NCBI GenBank assembly: GCA_934122395.1
Contig: CAKOWQ010000003.1
Location: forward strand, 186,299 to 250,298
DNA from: an uncultured Bacilli bacterium
GTDB taxonomy: Bacteria; Bacillota_I; Bacilli_A; RF39; UBA660
Length of the DNA: 64,000 nucleotides
Direction: 5' to 3'
Each line of letters begins with the position of its first letter. The stretch's first letter is position 1. Of the stretch, positions 38,443 through 48,186 are shown one piece after another. A program made the translations under genes and the position numbers. The notes beneath the pieces are model-generated. The model worked only from the letters and a program-made list of their open reading frames with translations, did not search any database and had not been told where the DNA came from.

Positions 38443-40458
38443 ATGGTAGACTTTTTTGCGGCGGCTCAAAGAGTTATTTCAATGATTATGACTGGTACTG
38501 AGTTAGTGTTTATTGTATGGCTTACTTCTGGTGGCGTTATTTTTGTACTAAGAGGAATAAGCTTTTGGATAGATTGTACTATAGTAAAGTGCATTGGTGC
38601 AATTTATAGTTACTTTATGACATTATTAAATGGTACTATGTTTAACAAAACACTGGTTAATGCAGTTATGAAAAATGTATATATATTTATTGGAGTGTTT
38701 ATATTCTTTAGAGTAGCCATGCTTCTTATTAAATATATAATGAATCCGGAAATGGTTGCCGATCAGAAAGCCGGTGCTAATGCATTAATTAAAAGAGTAA
38801 TAATTGGTATGATGGGAATAATTTTTATACCAACTATATTTGATTATGGTTTAAAACTTCAATCTGCTGTAATTGAGGATCAACTGATTCAACAGTTATT
38901 TATTCCAAGTGATATGATAAAAGAGGTTGAAAAACAAACAACAAATGGAGGAAATGGAATAGGTACCACAATTTTTTCTGGTTTTATTAATCCTAGCTCC
39001 AAGGCGCCGGATAAAATTAAGAATGAATACAAGAAGGCCTTGGAACAGAAGGATTTATCATCTATAAATTTTAATAGCGGGGGATTCCTGGGAATAGGAT
39101 ACTCGAGTTATGATTATAGTTATTTTTACTTAATTTCGACCTTTGTTCTTGGATATGTATTGTATCTTATGCTTAAATATTGTTTAGATATAGTTGTCCG
39201 TTTCTTTAAGCTTTTTCTATTTCAATTAATTGCGCCAATTGCTATGGTGGAATATATGGCGAATGGTGCAGACGATGGCGTTTTCAAAAATTGGAAAAAT
39301 GCTGTTCTTGGTAGCTATTTGATGCTATTTACTAGAATTATGTCTATTTGGTTTGTCTTGTTTGTTATGACTTTGTTAAACGGCAATTTTCCTAATTATA
39401 GCAATGGGTCATTATTAGCTGAAAATGATTACTTATTAAAAGCCTTAATAATGATAGGATTGCTAGCATTTATGATGGATCTGCCTAAAATCATTGGTAG
39501 TATATTTGGCCTTGATCTAGAACAGGATTCATCTGCTACAGGTTTATTAAAATCATTTGGTGGTATGATCAAAGGTGTCGGATTAGGCGCTGTTTCTTTA
39601 GGCGGCGCAGCAGCAGCAGGTGGATTTAAAAGAATTCAGAATGCCGGTGGTGCTGCTAGTAAAATGCATGCCTTAAATCAACAAAAGAAGAGTGATATGG
39701 CAGCAGGAACATTTGATGCTGCTAAATATAATCAAAATAAGGCTGCTATAATGAAAGATTTCAAGACTGGAAAATCAAATGCTATGAGAGCTACAGGTGT
39801 TGGAATGCTTAAATCATTAGCTGGTAATAGTAAGATTGTTGGCGCTGCTTATAGTGGTGCTACTGGTGTTACAGAAGATATTAAAAAGAAAGAGGGTAAA
39901 GCTGAAGCTAAGGCACAAGCTGAGGAAGAAAGAGCTTATAGACAGCATCAAATAGAAGTTACTGATGAAATTAATACTAATACACATGTAATAGTTGGTC
40001 AGCAAGCTGTTGCTAATGTTAAACTTGATAATTTAGTAGACAATTCTGAACAAACATTGACTCAAACCGTTAATATTGATCATAAATTAGGCAATGTTAG
40101 TAATAATGTTGAAGCGATTGCTAAAAATACTGAAACTACAGCTCAACAAACAGTTAACATTGATCAGAAACTAGGAACAGTTAGTGGCAACGTTGAAGCA
40201 ATTGCTCAAAATACTGAGACTGCGGCTCAACATACTGTTAATGTTGATCAAAAATTAGGAAAAATTAGTGGTAAGATTGATACGATTGCAGATAATACAG
40301 AAATTTCTGCTGAACAATCAATTGATATAAATCAAAAAGTTGGTAACATTAGTGGCGATGTAAGTAATATTTCTGATAATACAGAATTAATAGGGGATGC
40401 TACTTTAAACATTGAACATAGCACTAGAGATGATGATAAAGAATCATTAAATAGTTAA
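38443..40458 (+). CDS. Polytopic membrane protein with C-terminal coiled-coil tandem repeats
   Basis: At least 7 predicted TM helices in residues 1-360; Gly/Ala-rich linker; C-terminal five or more 21-aa degenerate repeats (TVNIDQKLG-VSGNVEAIA-NTET-AQ). Confidence 0.55.
   Translation: MVDFFAAAQRVISMIMTGTELVFIVWLTSGGVIFVLRGISFWIDCTIVKCIGAIYSYFMTLLNGTMFNKTLVNAVMKNVYIFIGVFIFFRVAMLLIKYIMNPEMVADQKAGANALIKRVIIGMMGIIFIPTIFDYGLKLQSAVIEDQLIQQLFIPSDMIKEVEKQTTNGGNGIGTTIFSGFINPSSKAPDKIKNEYKKALEQKDLSSINFNSGGFLGIGYSSYDYSYFYLISTFVLGYVLYLMLKYCLDIVVRFFKLFLFQLIAPIAMVEYMANGADDGVFKNWKNAVLGSYLMLFTRIMSIWFVLFVMTLLNGNFPNYSNGSLLAENDYLLKALIMIGLLAFMMDLPKIIGSIFGLDLEQDSSATGLLKSFGGMIKGVGLGAVSLGGAAAAGGFKRIQNAGGAASKMHALNQQKKSDMAAGTFDAAKYNQNKAAIMKDFKTGKSNAMRATGVGMLKSLAGNSKIVGAAYSGATGVTEDIKKKEGKAEAKAQAEEERAYRQHQIEVTDEINTNTHVIVGQQAVANVKLDNLVDNSEQTLTQTVNIDHKLGNVSNNVEAIAKNTETTAQQTVNIDQKLGTVSGNVEAIAQNTETAAQHTVNVDQKLGKISGKIDTIADNTEISAEQSIDINQKVGNISGDVSNISDNTELIGDATLNIEHSTRDDDKESLNS
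40063..40400 (+). repeat. About 63-nt degenerate tandem repeat (about 5 copies) encoding 21-aa units inside the 38443-40458 gene
   Basis: Repeated ...ACnGTTAAyrTTGATCAraAATTAGGaAmaGTTAGTGGyAAyGTTGAAGCrATTGCnmAAAATACTGAaACTrCrGCTCAAcA... Confidence 0.6.
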
Positions 40459-40487
40459 GAGGAATTAGTGATAATTCTTCTTTTTTT
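40459..40487 (+). terminator. Rho-independent terminator
   Basis: GAGGAATTAGTGATAATTCTTC plus TTTTTTT. Confidence 0.55.
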
Positions 40488-40523
40488 GTGTCTAAAATGT
40501 TATAATATTTATAGGTGATTATA

Positions 40524-43136
40524 ATGAAAAGAGTAATATTAATAGATGGTAACAATCTTTTATTTAGAAGTTTTTATGCTACAGCATATACTGGTGCAAT
40601 TATGAAAAATTCTAAAGGATTTCCTACTAATGCTTTATATGGTTTTATTAATATGATTAATAAAATAATTAATGAAGAACGTCCTGAATATGTAATGATA
40701 GCATTTGATAAAGGTAAGACTTTTAGACATGATAAATATCAAGTATATAAAGATGGAAGAAAAGAGACACCTCCTGAGTTAAAGGAACAATTTCCGGTTG
40801 CTAAAAAATTAGTAGAAGCTATGGGAATTGCATGTTACGAAATAGATAACTATGAAGCTGATGATATAATTGGTACATTTGCTAAGAAGGTTGATGAAGA
40901 TCCAGAATATAATGCCACTATAGTAAGTAGTGATAAGGATTTATTACAATTAATTAGTGATGAGGTGGAGGTTAAGTTATTAAAACAAACTGGCTTTATC
41001 AGAATGGATAAAAATGAGTTCATTAATACCTATGGAGTTGAACCTCCTAGAATGGTTGATTTGAAAGCTTTGATGGGTGACCAATCAGATAATATCCCAG
41101 GAGTTAAAGGAATAGGTGAAAAGACTGCTATTAATTTATTAAAGGAATATGGTACTCTTGAAAGCTTATACAATAATATTGATAAAGTTAAGGGTAAAGT
41201 AAAAGATAAACTTATAGAAGATAGAGACAATGCTTTCATGAGTTATGATCTTGCTACTATTTGTAAAGAAGTTCCTATTGATACTAGCTTTGATAAAATT
41301 AAATATCAAGGAATAGACGCTTTAAAATATATCGAAATATTAGAAGAATTAGAATTCTATTCTTTATTAAAAAAAGTAAATATAGATAAAGATATGATTA
41401 GAGATAATGTTGAACATGACATAGAATATGAGGTTCTTAATAATTTGGATAATGTTACTTTTAGCAATAACTATGCAATATATTTAGAAACGTTTGGTTA
41501 TAATTATCATAAAGATACTCCTATAGGAGTTAGTATTTATGATGGGGTTAAATCATATTATATTCCTTTTGAAATATTAGAAAAATATCCTAACTTTTTA
41601 GAATCAAATGTAGAAAAATATACTTACGACTTAAAAAAATTAATTGTAGTATTATCAAGATATAATATTAAAATTAATAATTTAGTATATGATGCGATGA
41701 TTGCAGGTTACATATTAAATTTAAATGTTAAAGATGATATTGGTTACTTAATGAATAATAAAGGTTATAAAGTAGATTTCTATTTAGATTCGTTTGGTAA
41801 TCCTAATAAATTGAAAATGCCTAGCGAAGATATATATATTAAAAATATTGTTAAGAAAGCTAAATTTTTATATGAAACTAAAGATGAAATGATTTCTTCA
41901 TTAAAGAGTGAAGAAGCATATAGTTTATATAATGATATAGAAATACCTCTAGCATTTGTTCTTGCTGACATGGAAATGACAGGTATTAGAATAGACTGTG
42001 AATTCTTAAAAGAAATGGGAAAAGAATTAGATGCTAAAATAGAAATACTTGAAGATACTATTCATGAATATGCAGGAATAGATTTTAATATTTCTTCACC
42101 TAGACAACTTGCTGAAGTATTATTTATTCATTTAGGAATTCCTTATCCTAAAAAGGTAAAGGGAGATGATTATTCAACTAGTAAAGATATATTAGATAAA
42201 ATAGTTGATGTACATCCAATTATACCTGCTATTATGGAACATAGATTATTATCTAAACTAAATAATAACTATGTAACAGGACTTTTAAACGAAGTCCATA
42301 GTGATGGAAAGATTCATACGATATTTAATCAAACTTTAACTAGAACAGGTAGATTATCTTCGTCTAGTCCTAATCTTCAAAATATTCCTATTCGTCAAGA
42401 ATATGGTAAATGGATTAGAAAGGCTTTTGTTCCAGAAGAAGATTCAGTACTGTTATCAAGTGATTACTCACAGATTGAACTTAGAATTTTTGCTCATATG
42501 GCTAAAGCTAAGAACTTAATAGATGCTTTTAAACATGGTAAAGATATTCATACTAAGACTGCAAGTGATATATTTGGGGTGCCTGAATCTATGGTCACTA
42601 AAGAAATGCGTCATCAAGCTAAAGCGGTTAACTTTGGAATTTTATATGGTATAAGTAGTTTTGGGCTTGGGGAAGACTTAAATATTGATTATGTTACTGC
42701 TAAAAAGTTCATTGAAAACTATTTAGCAAGTTATCCTGAAATTAAAGAATACATGGATGCAGTTATTAAGGATGCATATGACAAAGGATATGTTAAAACT
42801 ATTATGAATCGTAAACGTAGTATTGAAGAGTTAAATAGTAAAAACTATATGGTTCGAAATAGTGGAGAAAGAATTGCATTAAATACTCCAGTTCAAGGCA
42901 GTAGTGCGGATATATTAAAGAAAGCTATGGTAGAAATATATAATGAATTTAATAAAAGAAATTTAAAGAGTAAAATGCTTATTCAAGTACACGATGAACT
43001 TGTAATAAATACTTTAAATAATGAAAAAGATGAAGTTGAAGAAATAGTAAAAGATATTATGGAAAATACTTATAAATTAGATGTTCCGTTAAAAGTAGAA
43101 ATTAGTACAGGTTCTAATTTATATGATGCAAAGTAG
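40524..43136 (+). CDS. polA: DNA polymerase I (5'-3' exonuclease plus Klenow-like polymerase; 3'-5' exo domain likely inactive)
   Basis: 5'-nuclease N-terminus (ILIDGNNLLFRSFYA), polymerase motifs (DYSQIELRIFAH, motif B KAVNFGILYG, motif C VHDEL); AGGTGA RBS. Confidence 0.9.
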   Translation: MKRVILIDGNNLLFRSFYATAYTGAIMKNSKGFPTNALYGFINMINKIINEERPEYVMIAFDKGKTFRHDKYQVYKDGRKETPPELKEQFPVAKKLVEAMGIACYEIDNYEADDIIGTFAKKVDEDPEYNATIVSSDKDLLQLISDEVEVKLLKQTGFIRMDKNEFINTYGVEPPRMVDLKALMGDQSDNIPGVKGIGEKTAINLLKEYGTLESLYNNIDKVKGKVKDKLIEDRDNAFMSYDLATICKEVPIDTSFDKIKYQGIDALKYIEILEELEFYSLLKKVNIDKDMIRDNVEHDIEYEVLNNLDNVTFSNNYAIYLETFGYNYHKDTPIGVSIYDGVKSYYIPFEILEKYPNFLESNVEKYTYDLKKLIVVLSRYNIKINNLVYDAMIAGYILNLNVKDDIGYLMNNKGYKVDFYLDSFGNPNKLKMPSEDIYIKNIVKKAKFLYETKDEMISSLKSEEAYSLYNDIEIPLAFVLADMEMTGIRIDCEFLKEMGKELDAKIEILEDTIHEYAGIDFNISSPRQLAEVLFIHLGIPYPKKVKGDDYSTSKDILDKIVDVHPIIPAIMEHRLLSKLNNNYVTGLLNEVHSDGKIHTIFNQTLTRTGRLSSSSPNLQNIPIRQEYGKWIRKAFVPEEDSVLLSSDYSQIELRIFAHMAKAKNLIDAFKHGKDIHTKTASDIFGVPESMVTKEMRHQAKAVNFGILYGISSFGLGEDLNIDYVTAKKFIENYLASYPEIKEYMDAVIKDAYDKGYVKTIMNRKRSIEELNSKNYMVRNSGERIALNTPVQGSSADILKKAMVEIYNEFNKRNLKSKMLIQVHDELVINTLNNEKDEVEEIVKDIMENTYKLDVPLKVEISTGSNLYDAK

Positions 43137-43144
43137 GTGATGTT

Positions 43145-43966
43145 ATGCCCGAATTACCAGAGGTCGAAACAGTTAAGGAAACTTTAAAAAGAAAAATATT
43201 AAATAAAACTATAGATAATGTTATTGTACGTTATTCCGGTATTATTGAAGGAACTAGCATTGATAATTTTGTATCTAAGTTAAAAGGTCAAACTTTTAGA
43301 GATATTACAAGAAGAGGTAAGTGGTTAATATTTCATTTAGATGATTACTATTTATTGTCACATTTACGTATGGAAGGTAAGTATTTCTTAAAAGATGAAA
43401 GTATGGAATTCGGTAAACATGAACATGTTATATTTAAGTTTACCGATCATACTGATTTAAGATATCAAGATACTAGAAAGTTTGGTAGAATGATTTTGGT
43501 TGATAAGGACAAATTAAATAGTTCTAGACCAATGTTAGAACTAGGATTAGAACCATGGGATAAAAGTTTAACAATTGATTATCTTAAAGATAAATATAAA
43601 AATAAAAAACTGCCAATTAAAACAGTTATATTAGATCAAAGTATAATTACAGGAATTGGAAATATATATGCTGATGAAATATTATTTTTAAGTAACATTA
43701 ATCCATTAGTTAGTGCTTCTTCATTAAAAGATAAAGATTTGAAAAAAATTATTTCTAATACTAAAACAGTATTAGAAAAAGCTATTCTAGAAGGTGGTAC
43801 TACTATTAGAAGTTATACATCTGATTTAGGAGTTACTGGAAGATTTCAAAATGAACTTTTTGTACATTGCCGTGAAAATGAAAAATGCCAGAAGTGTGGT
43901 AGTACTATTTTAAAAACTAGAGTAGGTGGAAGAGGGACTTATTATTGTCCTAAGTGCCAAAAGTAA
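43145..43966 (+). CDS. mutM: Formamidopyrimidine-DNA glycosylase
   Basis: N-terminal MPELPEVETV; H2TH; C-terminal zinc finger CxxC...CxxC. Confidence 0.9.
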   Translation: MPELPEVETVKETLKRKILNKTIDNVIVRYSGIIEGTSIDNFVSKLKGQTFRDITRRGKWLIFHLDDYYLLSHLRMEGKYFLKDESMEFGKHEHVIFKFTDHTDLRYQDTRKFGRMILVDKDKLNSSRPMLELGLEPWDKSLTIDYLKDKYKNKKLPIKTVILDQSIITGIGNIYADEILFLSNINPLVSASSLKDKDLKKIISNTKTVLEKAILEGGTTIRSYTSDLGVTGRFQNELFVHCRENEKCQKCGSTILKTRVGGRGTYYCPKCQK

Positions 43967-43968
43967 AA

Positions 43969-43997
43969 GCATAGATATTATATCTATGCCTTTTTTT
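43969..43997. terminator. Bidirectional terminator between convergent mutM and the 43984-44502 gene
   Basis: GCATAGATATTATATCTATGC flanked by T tract (+) and A tract (that is, T tract on the - strand). Confidence 0.6.
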
Positions 43998-44502
43998 CAT
44001 ATAATCCTTCTATACTATATTCTTTTATTTTGCTAGATCTTCTAACTTTACTACTTTGATAGAAGTCTTGCATACTTGTTAGAGTTTTATTTATATTATC
44101 ATAACTTGTAGTGGATAGTTTTTTAACTACCAAGGTATGTGGGTCAGTATCCATTGTATTAAGATACAATTGAAGTAAAAATACTCTAGTTTGGTAACTA
44201 TCAAAAATACTATTTTGGGCTTTAGCAAAATCTAGACTAGCTACATTAGTACTTAATACTCTATTATCTACATTTAGTAAATAAAACTGTTTTAGTAAAA
44301 AGAAATAAATATTATTTTCGCTTATTAGGTTATTAGCAAAAAGAAGCTTAAATGCACCTTCATTTTTTAAAGCAAGTAATAATCTTTCTTCCCCATGAAG
44401 TTCTACTAAATTTCTGCATTTATCTTTGAAGCGACGTTCTTGTTCTGTTTCAACTTCCCACTTTATTATATCATTATTGAAATAAGACATTCCTATTACC
44501 AC
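43984..44502 (-). CDS. Hypothetical protein
   Basis: 172-aa ORF downstream of and co-directional with murD; no recognisable motif. Confidence 0.45.
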   Translation of the reverse strand: MVIGMSYFNNDIIKWEVETEQERRFKDKCRNLVELHGEERLLLALKNEGAFKLLFANNLISENNIYFFLLKQFYLLNVDNRVLSTNVASLDFAKAQNSIFDSYQTRVFLLQLYLNTMDTDPHTLVVKKLSTTSYDNINKTLTSMQDFYQSSKVRRSSKIKEYSIEGLYEKKA

Positions 44503-44551
44503 CTTTGCGAAGTGTTATTGTATCACAAAAGTATATATAAAGCAAAAAAAA

Positions 44552-45913
44552 TTAGTTATTTTCTCTAACTAATTTTTTAAAAGCATTACCTTTTTCTTCA
44601 AAATTTTTAAAATATTCATAGCTGGCAGCAGCTGGTGACATTAAGCATATCATGCCTTTCTTAGTAACTAGTTTTGCCTTATCAACAGCTTCTTCCAACG
44701 TATCAACTAAGTAAATATTTTTGTTTGCTTTGGCATTGATTAAGATATTGGCAATTTTATGACCGGTACTAGGCATACATATTAAATTCTCAATGTCTGC
44801 TGTTTTTAAGTAATCAATAAATTCATTATAATTTATTCCACGATCAAGTCCCCCAAATATTAAAGTATTTACTTTTTTTAGTGCTTTAATTCCATTAACA
44901 GTTGCATCAGGTATTGTTGCTATAGCATCATTATAGTAAGTTACATCATTAAATGTTCCAACTAATTCTAATCGGTGTTCTAAAGGGGTAAAGTTGTTAA
45001 TAGCAGTTGTTGTTTTTGATAAGTCTAAATTTAATATTTCACTTAGGGTAAAGCACATCATAATATTGATTAAATTATGATCCCCAATAAGGTTTCTTTC
45101 TTCTTTTACATCATATATCTTTTTACTATTAACATAGATGAATTTATGATCACAATATGTTTCTATATCTTTAGTATCAAAATTAACCCTAAAAATATTG
45201 GAACATGGGTTTAATTTTTTTATTCGTGTATCTAATGCTTCACATCCATTATAGTATATCAATACGTCATCGCTAGTTTGATATCTTGTAATATTAAGTT
45301 TAGCGTGATAATAATCTTCTAATCCGTTAGTGTGATCTAAGTGATCTTCATAAAAATTTGTAATAAGAGAAATATGAGGAGAATTAGTTATAAACTCTAA
45401 TTGATGTGATGACATTTCTACTACTAGTAATGTATCACTTTCAATTTTATCAATATAATCGAAAATAGGCGTTCCTATATTTCCAAGTAAAAAACATTTC
45501 TTATTATTAGCTTTTAATATTTCATAAATTAATGATGAGGTAGTACTTTTTCCTTTAGTACCAGTAATACCTATAATATTTTTTCTGAAGTATTTTATCA
45601 ATATTTCAAGTTCAGATGAGATTTTATTTTTAATTTTTGATGTATCAATATCTCTAAAAGATATTCCTGGTGCTTTCATAATCAAGTCATATTCGTCTAG
45701 ATTGTCTAGATAATTTTCACCAGTTATAATAGTTGCATTCTTATCATCTTTTAATAATGATTCGTCTTTTATTTTGTCGTTTTTATCTTTTATTGTTAGA
45801 TTAATGTTTCCCAAATATTTTCTTATAAAAGAATAGGTTGATTTTCCCTCTTTACCAAATCCTAAAATAACTATTTTTTTATCTTTAAATTCATTAATTA
45901 TATCATTAATCAT
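44552..45913 (-). CDS. murD: UDP-N-acetylmuramoylalanine--D-glutamate ligase
   Basis: N-terminal Rossmann KIVILGFGKEGKS; Mur-ligase ATP motif GITGTKGKSTT; 453 aa. Confidence 0.85.
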   Translation of the reverse strand: MINDIINEFKDKKIVILGFGKEGKSTYSFIRKYLGNINLTIKDKNDKIKDESLLKDDKNATIITGENYLDNLDEYDLIMKAPGISFRDIDTSKIKNKISSELEILIKYFRKNIIGITGTKGKSTTSSLIYEILKANNKKCFLLGNIGTPIFDYIDKIESDTLLVVEMSSHQLEFITNSPHISLITNFYEDHLDHTNGLEDYYHAKLNITRYQTSDDVLIYYNGCEALDTRIKKLNPCSNIFRVNFDTKDIETYCDHKFIYVNSKKIYDVKEERNLIGDHNLINIMMCFTLSEILNLDLSKTTTAINNFTPLEHRLELVGTFNDVTYYNDAIATIPDATVNGIKALKKVNTLIFGGLDRGINYNEFIDYLKTADIENLICMPSTGHKIANILINAKANKNIYLVDTLEEAVDKAKLVTKKGMICLMSPAAASYEYFKNFEEKGNAFKKLVRENN

Positions 45914-47278
45914 TTAAATCATCTCCTTGTGTAATAGGTCAATATACTTAGTAGGAATATTATTTTCTATATTAAAGTGTTCTTCTAAATTATTGGTATA
46001 GAGTTTATAGTTATCTTTATAAAACTTTAATAAATAAGGAAGCTTTTCGCTTTTTTCTTCTAATCTAAGAATTGTCTTACTACAAGCAAATCTTACCTCA
46101 TCATATGTTCCTACACATTCAAATGGTTTATTTTTAGCATCTCCTAAGAGTTCTTTAAATGTTTCTAACATATCTTCTTTGTCTAATAAATTAGTTGAAA
46201 ATATATTTTGTAACGTATTAGTATCAATATATGGGCTTAGTATAATATATATAAATAAACACTTAGAACAATTACAACACCAGTTAGTTCCCGTTTTTTT
46301 ACTACTTAAATTACAACTTCTAAAAATGTTATAGTATTTAGGATATTTACTAAATATTTTTGCTATTTCAATTTCTAAAAGAGGTCTTAACAAACTAAAG
46401 TATTCTGTTTCTTTATTGAAATATTTATTGGTATAAATTCTAAAATCATTTTCAAATTCTAAGCTTTTAGAGTATTGATGGTTAACATTTGTTCCTTTGA
46501 CATTTCCTTCATTACTACTGTCTTCATTTGATACAATAATATATTTTTTGTTATTAAGATAAGCCATTATATATGCTGCAAAAGCTAATTGTGATGATAA
46601 TGGAACATGGCCATTTAAAAATCCTTCTTTATTTAGTTTAAGTAGGGTACTATCAATTTCAGATGTCAATATAACGATATCATCATCAGTATATCCTGCT
46701 TGATATATGGAATTATATGATGGCATGTTTTTTGGATAAATATTTCTTTCAAAAAGGAAACATAAATTATCATCTTTTTCTTCTTTTAAAATCTCCATTG
46801 AGACAATAGAATCTTTTCCACCACCAACTAGTATTAAATTGCCGCTAGGATTTAATTTAGGTATATTATGTTCTTTTTTATTACTCTTAACTATAAAGTT
46901 AGTAAACTCATCATAAGATAGGTCAATTTCATTACGATAAAAATATTCGCTTAATCCATTAAAGATCAATTTTTTAAAGAAAGATATTTGATCTTCATTT
47001 ATGTAATCTGCCTCGATAATAATTTCCTTTGGACAACTTAATTTGAAGTAATTAATAATATTTACTAATCCAAAATTAAAGAATAAATAATTTAAATAGT
47101 CTTCATCAATATCTTTGGTCTTAATATGTTCTTTATCAATATAAATACTAGGAGTAAAAGTATATTCACCAAGCATATATGTATATTTTACTTGGATGTT
47201 GGTATCATTATTTATAACTTCGTAACTTTTATATATTAACTTATTATATTTTTCTCTTAGTTCTTTGTAATTTGTCAT
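45914..47278 (-). CDS. PP-loop (adenine-nucleotide alpha-hydrolase) ATPase with C-terminal Cys cluster; uncharacterised; co-operonic with murD
   Basis: SGGxDS-type PP-loop LILVGGGKDS at about residue 150; CNLSSKKTGTNWCCNCSKC Cys cluster at about 320-340 plus FECVG; stop abuts the murD start (45913/45914). Confidence 0.6.
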   Translation of the reverse strand: MTNYKELREKYNKLIYKSYEVINNDTNIQVKYTYMLGEYTFTPSIYIDKEHIKTKDIDEDYLNYLFFNFGLVNIINYFKLSCPKEIIIEADYINEDQISFFKKLIFNGLSEYFYRNEIDLSYDEFTNFIVKSNKKEHNIPKLNPSGNLILVGGGKDSIVSMEILKEEKDDNLCFLFERNIYPKNMPSYNSIYQAGYTDDDIVILTSEIDSTLLKLNKEGFLNGHVPLSSQLAFAAYIMAYLNNKKYIIVSNEDSSNEGNVKGTNVNHQYSKSLEFENDFRIYTNKYFNKETEYFSLLRPLLEIEIAKIFSKYPKYYNIFRSCNLSSKKTGTNWCCNCSKCLFIYIILSPYIDTNTLQNIFSTNLLDKEDMLETFKELLGDAKNKPFECVGTYDEVRFACSKTILRLEEKSEKLPYLLKFYKDNYKLYTNNLEEHFNIENNIPTKYIDLLHKEMI

Positions 47279-47416
47279 AATTCCTCCTAATAAAAGGTAT
47301 TCATTTATATATCTAATTATATCACGAATGTAAACTTATATTAACTGAAATGACAAATAGTTGACATATTATTTAAAATGATAGTAAAATAATCTTATGA
47401 TAAGGGGTCGATGAAC

Positions 47417-47917
47417 ATGGGTGATAAGAATACCAAAAATGTAGTAATTGTTATGTTGCTTACCATTATTGTGGTAATGGTAACAGCTGTAGTGGTTTTA
47501 GCTCATAACAATGATATTTATAAACCAAAGCCAGAACATGGTAGATGGAATGTAGTATTTACAAGTATTGCTGAAGGTGAAAAAACTGGTAATGCTAAGA
47601 GCTTGTACTATCCTTATTACACAGCAACTTATGCTTCATTTTATGCAACTTTTGTAGCACCTGGTGACTCAATAGAGTATGATGTTCAAATATCTAATTT
47701 AGGGAATATTGATTCTAGATTAAGTAATATTGTCTATGTGACTAACCCGTATAAGGATGCTATCAAATATGAGATCGAAGGCATTAATAGAGGCGATATA
47801 TTAAAGGCGGGAGAAGTACGCAATATTAAAATAAAAATATCCTATGAGTTAACATCTACTGTAGCATATACTTTTGATAAGCCTATAGCTATATTATTTG
47901 ATTTTGTCCAAGCTTAG
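47417..47917 (+). CDS. TasA/camelysin-like (SipW-type signal peptide) small secreted protein
   Basis: N-terminal TM/signal; ATFVAPGDSIEYDVQISNLGNID resembles the TasA/CalY LKPGD...F.F.N.GSL core. Confidence 0.55.
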   Translation: MGDKNTKNVVIVMLLTIIVVMVTAVVVLAHNNDIYKPKPEHGRWNVVFTSIAEGEKTGNAKSLYYPYYTATYASFYATFVAPGDSIEYDVQISNLGNIDSRLSNIVYVTNPYKDAIKYEIEGINRGDILKAGEVRNIKIKISYELTSTVAYTFDKPIAILFDFVQA

Positions 47918-47942
47918 ACAACCAGATGGTTGTCTTTTTTTA
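47916..47942 (+). terminator. Rho-independent terminator
   Basis: AGACAACCAGATGGTTGTCTTTTTTTT. Confidence 0.7.
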
Positions 47943-48186
47943 TGATTTTTATTGACAGTTTTTTACCTGATTATAAGATATTATAAAATAGTGAAAAGTA
48001 GTGTCTAGTTTTGAAAAAATATTTCTTAAGTCTTTTGAATTGGTAGAATAATATTGTATACTGATATAGTGATAAAGTTTGAAGTGCAATAAATATGATA
48101 GCAAAAAATAAACTATATGTTATAAAAACCAATTAATGCATTAAAAAAGATTAAACTATTAAATGTTGATAGTTTAATCTTTCTTT

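Noticed and set aside
38073-40005. Antisense ORFs 38073-38408(-) and 39817-40005(-) in the topA-polA intergenic membrane-gene pair
   Set aside because: Opposite strong, signal-bearing + strand ORFs. The second lies near the tandem repeat, which naturally yields open reverse frames.
41030-41971. Antisense ORFs in polA
   Set aside because: Embedded in a conserved essential gene.
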